DNA from: Tubulanus polymorphus
Lineage: Eukaryota; Animalia; Nemertea
Assembly: GCF_964204645.1 (NCBI RefSeq)
Contig: NC_134034.1
Coordinates: 434,001-498,000, forward strand
Length of the DNA: 64,000 nucleotides
Reading direction: 5' to 3'
In this document: positions 42,401 to 52,400 of the stretch, in pieces
Layout: each line of letters opens with the position of its first letter
How positions within the stretch are numbered: the first letter of the stretch is position 1
Notes under the pieces: model-generated
The model's input: only the letters and a program-made list of their open reading frames with translations
Databases searched by the model: none
Told to the model about the DNA's origin: nothing
Translations under genes and position numbers: made by a program

Positions 42401-45400
42401 AAGTTAAAACGATTTTCGATAAATACCGGTAATAAAGAAACTGGATCCAGAACTGTGGAAGTGGATTTAGAGTGGAAGTAATCTGTGAATAATTATCTTA
42501 TAACTCACTTGGACTTTCACAGTTATCACAGTCATTACAATCACCGGCGCCATCTACTGGACTATTGATAGCAGACGGACAATTTCTCCCGGCGGGAGAT
42601 CGGATCAGTTTCGTCGAATCGAAAAATTCGTCATTGTCGTCGTGGTGATGATGTAATTTATTGCGGTCGTGACGATGTTGTATGACGAGGCAACTGATAG
42701 CGGTAACCGTACAGATAATCAATATCACCAGGGATACTATACTCTATAGTAGATACAGATAGATATCATCATTGATTAACATAAATTTGCATAATTAAAC
42801 AACCAATATCGATAGCACATCCATAAGATAATGAGAATCCCGTAACCTCAGATATTAGTCGCAGCAAACACATGAATCAGCCGCCCCTTAACCTGGCACC
42901 AGCTGGATGAAAGTACTGTCCAGGAAAATTGTAAGCCCAGTACCCGGTCCCACAGTTGTTAGAGTTAAAATTAGTTCTTTTTCAATGAGTTAAAACTCTG
43001 AGTCAAATCTTAACTCACAACTGTGGAACTGGGTCCTGATGATCAAAAGCTCCCCCTTCTATTAACAGCCCCCCTCCCTCTGAGACACATACCTGAACTT
43101 CTCCATATTGGAAGAGCATATCACCTAAATCTTCATCTTTCCTCACAAACATCAACATTACTCCAGTTATTATAGTCGGCAATCTGTAATCAATCAAACA
43201 AGTATTCGTAGAAATTGAATATTCAAGTCACTGTTGTTTCGTTAGTCGGTTATGATTTTAGTTTTACCCGAATCCGAAGAACATCATCCAAACTCGCAGA
43301 CGCAGAACGCAACAGAGACTGCGTACGCGCAACAAACAAACGGCCATAGCAACCATCGCCGTCCAGCAACGAGCACTCATTGTTCCGATGAAGAACAGTA
43401 TGAATTGTATATAGTGCTGCCACATAACGGTGGAATCAATCGCGAATACTAGAATCATTCCTATACACGACACCCCCTATAACAGATACAAACAACCAAA
43501 CTGATAAATCAGTGTATTCCTTACTAGAGAGGGGAGGGGAGGGGAGGTGAGAGGGGGTGAGAGGGGAGGGGAGAGGGGTGAGAGGGGAGGTGAGAGGGGT
43601 GAGAGAGAAAGGGGAGAGAGATGGAACGGAGAAGGAGGAAGATATTGGGAGAGGGAGAGGTGGGAGGGGAGAGAGGAATACATGAAGATTGAGAAGGCAA
43701 GAGAGGAAGAGAAGATATGAAGACTGAGATGGGATAGAAAGAGAAGAGAGGGTGATAGATAGAAAGAGAGATGGAAGAGAGAGGAGGAGAGCAGGAAACT
43801 TACCTGAGCAATAACTAAACAGAAAGTCATTTGATGTGGAATATTCTTAAAACGTCTGTTTAAAGTTAAAACAATTATCACCCAAAACTGAAATCAATAA
43901 AGTATCGATATCAATACACACAGTTGTATAATAGAGGAACTATCCCTGGCATGCGTGGGAGAGACCGACTTACGCAACAAATCAATCCTAGAATGCTGAT
44001 GTCGAATGAAGTAGTTTTGATGGTTTGAGTGTATTCCTCGGAGGATTTCTGAGATAACGTTACCATATTCGCTGAGAGGAACATGAACGGTGCCGAGATA
44101 AACGTACAAACAACCATTCCAGACGCTATCTATAAATAAAATACAAACAACCATTCCAGACGCTATCTATAAAACACAAACTAATACTCACTGTTCGCTA
44201 CAACTAATAGTGCTCACGGGCCTGAGACTTCTGGATCCAGTTCTACAGTTCTGGATCCAGTTCCACAGTTCTGGATCCAGTTCTACAGTTCTGGATCCAG
44301 TTCCACAGTTCTGGATCCAGTTCTACAGTTCTGGACTCAGTTCCACAGTTCTGGATCCAGTTCCACAGTTCTGGATCCAGTTCTACAGTTCTGGACTCAG
44401 TTCCACAGTTCTGGACTCAGTTCCACATTCCTGGACTCAGTTCCACAGTTCTGGATCCAGTTCCACAGTTCTGGATCCAGTTCTACAGTTCTGGATCCAG
44501 TTCTACAGTTCTGGACTCAGTTCCACAGTTCTGGACTCAGTTACACAGTTCTGGACTCAGTTCCACAGTTCTGGACTCAGTTACACAGTTCTGGACTCAG
44601 TTCCACAGTTCTGGATCCAGTTCCACAGTTCTGGATCCAGTTCTACAGTTCTGGACTCAGTTCCACAGTTCTGGAGCCAGTTCCACAGTTCTGGATCCAG
44701 TTCCACAGTACAGGATCCAGTTCCTCAGTTCTGGATCCAGTTCAACAGTTCTGGATCCAGTTCCACAGTTCTGGATCCAGTTCCACAGTTCTGGATCCAG
44801 TTCCACAGTTCTGGATCCAGTTCCACAGTTCTGGACTCAGTTCCACAGTTCTGAACTCAGTCCCACAGAATTGGACCCAGTTCTACGGTTCTGGGTTCAG
44901 TTCCACAGTTGAAAGTAAACTTAACTCTGAGTTAAAATCAGTTCATTTTCATTGAACTAACTCTGAGTTAATTCTTTACTCACAACTGTGGAACTGGGTT
45001 CTGGACTCAGTTCCACGGTTTAGACAAACATATCTATATATTGACTCACCAGGTCAGTAACGATGTTATACTGCGTTGCGTATATAAACACAGTCGGAGC
45101 AGACGGAATCGTACCGTACAGAAATCCAAACGAACTCAACTCATCGGTGATCGTGGAATTCGCTCCGGCGTCAAATACAATCACAAACTCACGGATTATA
45201 AATGGTAGTAATACTCTGTGTGAAAATATCAAATAGAAAATACAAATTTACGATCAGGGAATTGACGATCAAAGGGATAAAATCAGAGCGTTCTTCGCGT
45301 GAGGTCAGCGGAGGAAGACTGCTACCCCATTAATTTAACATCCATCACTTTAAAAACCTGCTGCCCCAATAGATGAGTTGATGTCAATATTCTATCATTG

Positions 45401-47737
45401 CTTACAACAACAATTGCATTTGAAGCTTAATTTTCAATATATCAGAAGCTTAGCTTTAGACATCCGATCTTACGCGCCCCATAAAATCCCAGCATATGGA
45501 GAAAACAGCGTATGAGCAACGGACAGGGATTGAATGAGGTACTTACAGTTTAGCGAATATGAGTAAACTAGGTGTAATAAGAGCTGTACCGAGTTGAGTC
45601 TGAACTTTACCAACAAGTGACAAACCAAGAAAGAACAGAGCTGTAGCGCTGAACGAATTAGCTGCAAAACAAATGTGAAATCTGATGATGTCATAGGGGG
45701 ATTTATAGAGTCTGACATCTTTATATCAGTGAATATAGATGAAATCAATGGATGATGTCATAGGGGGATTTATAGTCGGACATCTTTTTCTAGTAGTGAA
45801 TATAGATGAAATCAATGGATGATGTCATAGGGGGATTTATGGAGGCAGACATCTTTCATAATGGGCTTATATATCAAATGAAAAAAAAGATAATAACCAT
45901 ATGATGTAATAGGGGGATTAAAGGGAGCTCTATGAGTGTCTATAGATCAATTTGATGATGTCATAGGGTGAAACTACTAACCGAGTACAACGAGTATTCC
46001 GCTGATGATATTCGGTATGTTGTGATGGAAGATGAAATTCGCAATAATACCGACGATCGTCATGAGAACGATCGGGTTTAAAACGACTCCTCTAACGACG
46101 TGTAGAATAATCGCTCCGGTCCGTCTGCTCGTCGTAGTGGCACCATCTGACGACGACGACGCTGTTCGCTGATGATCGATCTCGAGTAACGTGAAACCAA
46201 TCGGATTTAGAATCATGAATGAGATCGGAGCAGCGAGGTAAATATACTGCAGGAAATCTGGGTTAGACTGTTCATATAGAGCTTGTACTGAAATATACCC
46301 GTGTAAACACTACTGTGATGTCATAGGGGGATCTATGGAGGCAGGCATCTTTTCTGGAAGTTCCTATAGACCAAATCACTAGTAGACAATTTGATGATGT
46401 CATAGGGGGATTTATGGAGGCAGATATCTTTTCTAGAAGAGTCTATAGATCTAATCACTAGTACACAATTTGATGATGTCATAGGGGGATTTATGGAGGT
46501 AGACATCTTTTCTGGAAGTGCCTATAGATCTAATCACTAGTAGACAATTTGATGATGTCATAGGGGGATTTATGGAGGCAGACATCTTTTCTAGAAGGGT
46601 CTATAGATGAAATCACTAGTAGACAATTTGATGATGTCATAGGGGAATTTATGGAGGCAGACATCTTTTCTAGAAGGGTCTGTAGATGAAATCACTAGTA
46701 AACAATTTGGTGATGTCATAGGAGGATTTATGGAGGAAGACATCTTTGCTAGAAGTGTCTATAGATCAAATAACTAGTAGACAATTTGATGACGTCATAG
46801 GGGGATTTATAGAGGCAGACATCTTTTCTAGAAGTGTTTATGAGATAAAATTATTAGTAGACAATTTGATGATGTCATAGGGTGATGTAATGAAGGTACT
46901 CACTGATTGGATAACCGAGTGCGAAGTCGTTGCTTTGCGTGGCGAATATCGCGAATATTCCAGCTTTCCCCAAACGGTTCAAACGCGTTAAAATTAACGT
47001 GAAAATAATCACTAGGAAAAATACGATTGATTTACCGATCAGTAAACTAGACAGGAACTTCCAGTTTACAGCTGAAAACATAATACAACATCATCATCAG
47101 CATTTCATCAGTTCAATCTGGAACCAGTTTCACAGTTTAATCTGGAACCAGTTTCACAGGGTGGCGCCCCTTTCCGCCCATTTATAAATACCCTTGGGCC
47201 GGTTGTATAGTCATGGCTTACATTTGAGACCAGTCCAAGACCAACTTAGTTCTATAACCAATCTAACAACCAGTCATAAGATTTAAGACCACTTTTGGAC
47301 TGGATGCATTGACATGGCTTAGATTTAAGACAAGTCTAAGACCAACTTAGTTCAATAGCATTATTTCCAGGTTTTTGGTAAAATTTGTCACATTCCCTTA
47401 AAGTTTTCTGCTATTTCTCTGATTCACTTAGTTTTTCCAGGTCAATGGTCTCCCCGCGACGACTTAATGCCAAATTCACTAAATTGCGGATTCCGGACTT
47501 ACTTTCAAACTTCAATTCGATCATACTCTTCAGGACTAAAGCCGGTAGAGCGAACTTTGAGATAAACGTTCCGATGCCTTTCGATTGGTTGCTGGAAATG
47601 AGGTTGAACCTGCCGGCGATGTAACCGGCGAGAATAATGAAGAAACACTGCACGATCGCCGGGTAAAGATTCTCGTACGCGTGGCCGCCTGATCGGTCGT
47701 GGTGATGACCGTGAGATGGCTTAGCAACCGAATCCAT
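39431..47737 (-). CDS. GPR155: GPR155/LYCHOS lysosomal cholesterol-sensing protein homolog (PIN/Mem_trans permease-like domain, GPCR-like TMs, C-terminal DEP), ~926 aa, 15 coding exons
   Basis: Exons 47737-47503, 47071-46904, 46287-45982, 45661-45547, 45215-45050, 44129-43974, 43887-43804, 43476-43268, 43183-43093, 42743-42509, 42392-41974, 41593-41498, 41407-41343, 41038-40898, 39725-39431 (2781 nt). Motifs LYPAIVQCFFIILAGYIAGR, FATQSNDFALGYPI, YLAAPISFMILNPIGF, FTGTDLVDWLL..GLAS..EAIAYGRRLL (DEP). Confidence 0.94.
39813..39919. mobile_element. MITE with ggtccagtttcac TIR flanked by CWG
   Basis: aacac-ctg|ggtccagtttcacaaaaa...tttttgtgaaactgggcc|cag. Confidence 0.7.
44228..44893 (+). repeat. 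20-bp minisatellite (~33 copies, ctggatccagttccacagtt) abutting a full MITE at 44894-45000
   Basis: The unit equals the CTG target site plus the first 17 nt of the MITE TIR. Confidence 0.96.
46315..46885 (+). repeat. ~82-bp family tandem array (~7 copies) filling GPR155 intron 2
   Basis: Direct reading. Confidence 0.95.
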
Positions 47738-48299
47738 TGTTGCAGCAGATTTCTCTAAGCTGAAAATATCAATCTTAATGTCATTTGTGATCGGTGTCAG
47801 AGTTTAGAAGTTGAATTCGTCTAGGTCCTTGGCCCAGGGGCCGCCCTGCCCGTACAACTATACAATGTCGCCTGGATCTGGCTTTATTAAGCAAATGTTT
47901 AAGTCGCACCTCAAAAAGTAAATTCCAATCGAGGCAGGCTGTAGGCCTACCAGGTTTTAGTCCGCCTGCCGTGGAAGCACCCTTGGCCTTACCAAGCCCA
48001 AGACTTGCGCACCTAGGCTAGGCCTACCATATGGCACTGTCAAATTACGTAATAAACCGGATTATCCAGGACAATCCAATCAACACGAGTAACACCGATC
48101 AACTCAGCATATAAACACAGTGTGTGTTAACTTTGAACTTTATCATTTGAAAATGTCAAATTGGAGTCGAGCTTTTCAGATCAAATATAAATAAATGTCA
48201 CGTTATTCATTTGTTTATGAAATTATGACTTCGAACAAGAACAGGCCTAAATTAGGCTATCAAATCACCTTTTGTCCGTCAAACCGGTCAATAAATACT

Positions 48300-48960
48300 G
48301 GTTTTTAGTTTATTGTTCGCGAGGTCGATAAACTCGAATGACATAACACAACAGCGACTGATAAACCCCGGTTCATAGTCCACTTTCACGCGCTTATCTT
48401 CTCAATCGGCGGCCATCTTACCGCTGGTCAGCTGCTCGCTACTGAGAGATGTCGAGTGAGGATTCCGGGTCGTACGATCCATCTCGACTCATCCTAACCC
48501 TAACCCTAGGGTTAAGACTAGAATCTGCATGGATTGATGAGATGAAACGATGGACAATATTTGCTGTTGGTTCTCTTTTAAGATTTCTCTTTTAAGGTTT
48601 TTTTTTCATCTAAACCACCAATAATCCAATATATAGGATATAGTGACTGTTAGAAATGACTCCCTATGATTTTTTTATTAAGTTCCAACTTCAATATTCA
48701 TCGTCGTTCCGTCCTACTGGTACACTATGATTAGTCGTTTATGAATCTCCCATTCGTCTATGCTTGACATGCTCATAACCCTAACCCTAGCTCTGACGCC
48801 GCGGAGACCTTCGGAACAACCCTAAATCGGATCTGTTTTGGTATACACGATATTTTCGGAGCTACCCCCAAATAATTCAAATTTAATGTGGTTTGATAAT
48901 TTATGCTAAAATCACCGATTCTTATCAGTGACAACTCATAAAACTGAGGTAAGTGGATTC
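48300..48960. promoter_or_regulatory. Probable bidirectional promoter and non-coding first exons of GPR155 (-) and PPIP5K (+)
   Basis: Minus-strand donor G|GTAAGATGGCCGCC at ~48421 overlapping a YY1-like motif (48409-48419); plus-strand donor GAG|gtaagt at ~48948; acceptors at 47760 (-) and 49358 (+). Confidence 0.55.
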
Positions 48961-49421
48961 TAGAGGTTATATTCGAAGTACTAAGGTTAATTTCAGCTGG
49001 TTTATCGTGCATTAAATCTGTTCAATATCGATCGAAAGTTTACTGTCCCCAATCAAATTCAATTCAACAACTTTATTATTCCCAACTGACTGAATCAGGG
49101 GGTAAGCAAGTAATTTTATTTAATACAGGTTGTTGTTAACTTGTCCAGGTCTCGTTGTTTAGTTAGGCTTCGTATTGAGTAGGCCTACAGCTACACTGTA
49201 GCTCTTAGTCTTAGTCCTGAAGTTGAAAGAGCTGATACCAGAGTAAAAAGCTTCTCGCTATTTAGGAATTTCATGCAGTGCTGAATGAATAAAGCTTAAG
49301 AAAGAGTCGACCTGTTATGTAAATTCATCATTGTTGAATTTTGTTGTTTGATTTGAAGGTTGAAACTAGATGGCGCCTGTTGTTGTCTGATAGAAGCCGA
49401 GGAGGAGGCGGTACTCGTATT

Positions 49422-52400
49422 ATGATTGACGGACAGGAAGTAGCCGGTGGTCTCGCCGGTGACCAGGCTTCCTTTTACATCGGAGGTGGAGAGGTAAGTG
49501 TTGCAGGGTGTGGGTTGAGAGGGGGTTGCACAGTCCACAGACTGAGAGGGGTACAGGATGAACGGCTGATGTAGATCCTGGTTTAGGGGGCTGAGTGGAT
49601 CCCGGTTTAGGGGGCTGAGTAGATCCCGGTTGAGGGGCTGAGTGGATCCCGGTTTAGGGGGCTGAGTAGATCCCGGTTGAGGGGCGGAGTGGATCCCAGT
49701 TGAGGGGCTGAGTAGATCCCGGTTGAGGGGCTGAGTAGATCCCGGTTGAGGGGCTGAGTAGATCCCGGTTTAGGGGCTGAGTAGATCCCGGTTGAGGGGC
49801 TGAGTAGATCCCGGTTGAGGGGCTGAGTAGATCCCGGTTGAGGGGGCTGATGTAGATCCCGGTTGAGGGGCTGAGTAGATCCCGGTTGAGGGGGCTGATG
49901 TAGATCCCGGTTGAGGGGCTGAGTAGATCCCGGTTGAGGGGGCTGATGTAGATCCCGGTTGAGGGGCTGAGTAGATCCCGGTTGAGGGGTCCAATCAATA
50001 TTTTATTCTGTATATTTATTTTAAGGATCAAGATGATGATTGTAAACGTAAAGTTGTTATCGGAATTTGTGCAATGGCTAAAAAATCTCATTCTCAACCG
50101 ATGCGCGAGATTCTCGAACGTCTCGAGAGGTTTCCGTACATATCGATACTGGTATTCGATGAACAGGTCGTTTTGAGTGAACCGGTCGACCGGTGGCCGG
50201 TCGTCGACTGTTTAATATCGTTCTATTCGAAAGGGTTCTGTTTGGATAAAGCTATAGAATACGAGAGACATTGTAAACCATACGTTATCAATGATTTACC
50301 GATGCAGTATCAAATCATGGACAGGTAAGTTTGTATTAGATCAGTTTTAAAAGTGTTCGCGGTGATGAGAGAGTGTTGTCGAGATATTAGTTTTAAAAGT
50401 GTCCCCGGTGATGAGAGAGTGTTGTCGAGATATTAGTTTTAAAAGTGTCCCCGGTGATGAGAGAGTGTTGTCGAGATATTAGTTTTAAAAGTGTCCCCGG
50501 TGATGAGAGTGTGTTGTCGAGATATTAGTTTTTAAAGTGTCCCCGGTGATGAGAGAGTGTTGTCGAGATATCAGTTTTAAAAGTGTCCCCGGTGATGAGA
50601 GAGTGTTGTCGAGATATTAGTTTTTAAAGTGTCCCCGGTGATGAGAGAGTGTTGTCGAGATATCAGTTTTAAAAGTGTCCCCGGTGATGAGAGAGTGTTG
50701 TCGAGATATCAGTTTTAAAAGTGTCCCCGGTGATGAGAGATTGTTGTCGAGATATCAGTTTTAAAAGTGTCCCCGGTGATGAGAGAGTGTTGTCGAGATA
50801 TCAGTTTTAAAAGTGTCCCCGGTGATGAGAGAGTGTTGTCGAGATATCAGTTTTAAAAGTGTCCCCGGTGAGGAGAGAGTGTTGTCGAGATATCAGTTTT
50901 AAAAGTGTCCCCGGTGAGGAGAGAGTGTTGTCGAGATATCAGTTTTAAAAGTTCCGGGTGATGAGAGAGTGTTGTCGAGATATCAGTTTTAAAAGTGTCC
51001 CCGGTGATGAGAGAGTGTTGTCGAGATATCAGTTTTAAAAGTGTCCCCGGTGATGAGAGAGTGTTGTCGAGATATCAGTTTTAAAAGTGTCCCCGGTGAT
51101 GAGAGAGTGTTGTCGAGATATCAGTTTTAAAAGTGTCCCCGGTGATGAGAGAGTGTTGTCGAGATATCAGTTTTAAAAGTGTCCCCGGTGATGAGAGAGT
51201 GTTGTCGAGATATCAGTTTTAAAAGTGTCCCCGGTGATGAGAGAGTGTTGTCGAGATATCAGTTTTAAAAGTGTCCCCGGTGATGAGAGAGTGTTGTCGA
51301 GATATCAGTTTTAAAAGTGTCCCCGGTGATGAGAGAGTGTTGTCGAGATATCAGTTTTAAAAGTGTCCCCGGTGATGAGAGAGTGTTGTCGAGATATCAG
51401 TTTTAAAAGTGTCCCCGGTGATGAGAGAGTGTTGTCGAGATATCAGTTTTAAAAGTGTCCCCGGTGATGAGAGAGTGTTGTCGAGATATCAGTTTTAAAA
51501 GTGTCCCCGGTGATGAGAGAGTGTTGTCGAGATATCAGTTTTAAAAGTGTCCCTGGTGATGAGAGAGTGTTGTCAGTTTGATTTAATTGTATTCTCTGCA
51601 GACGGACGGTTTATAAGATTCTACGACGAAACGGAATCCCGCATCCTCGATTCGAAATTCTGAATCGTCGCGAAGACCAACCAGGAAGTGAGTACACTGA
51701 TCTAGTAGTACCCTAATACATCCTCAGAGTACCCTAATACATCCTCAGAGTACCCTAATACATCCTCAGAGTACCCTAATACATCCTCAGAGTACCCTTA
51801 TACATCCTCAGAGTACCCTTATACATCCTCAGAGTACCCTAATACATCCTCAGAGTACCCTAATACATCCTCAGAGTACCCTTATACATCCTCAGAGTAC
51901 CCTTATACATCCTCAGAGTACCCTTATACATCCTCAGAGTACCCTAATACATCCTCAGAGTACCCTAATACATCCTCAGAGTACCCTAATACATCCTCAG
52001 AGTACCCTAATACATCCTCAGAGTACCCTTATACATCCTCAGAGTACCCTAATACATCCTCAGAGTAGCCTAATACATCCTCAGAGTACCCTAATACATC
52101 CTCAGAGTACCCTTATACTCCCCTCACTGAAGATCTGTATTATTTTCAGCTTGCATTCCCGGATGTTCATTGGTTGAATCCGATGATCATATCGAGGTCA
52201 ATGGCGTCGTGTTTCACAAACCGTTTGTTGAGAAACCGGTTTCCGCTGAGGATCATAATGTATTTATATATTTCCCGACAAGCGCTGGTGGCGGCAGTCA
52301 GAGATTATTCAGAAAGGTGCGTGCACGAACAACCAAACACCTGAATAGGGACACTTTAAAGTTAACGTAAAGTTTTTGAAAAGTTATTAATCCTTGTAGA

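Noticed and set aside
44210-44854. 214-aa repetitive ORF
   Set aside because: It is a 20-bp MITE-derived array inside a GPR155 intron.
49654-50097. Pro/Ser/Thr-rich repeat ORFs
   Set aside because: Antisense reading of an intronic minisatellite.
33908-52118. Regular 20-44 bp arrays as CRISPR
   Set aside because: Head-to-tail repeats with no unique spacers, no cas genes, and a eukaryotic intronic context.
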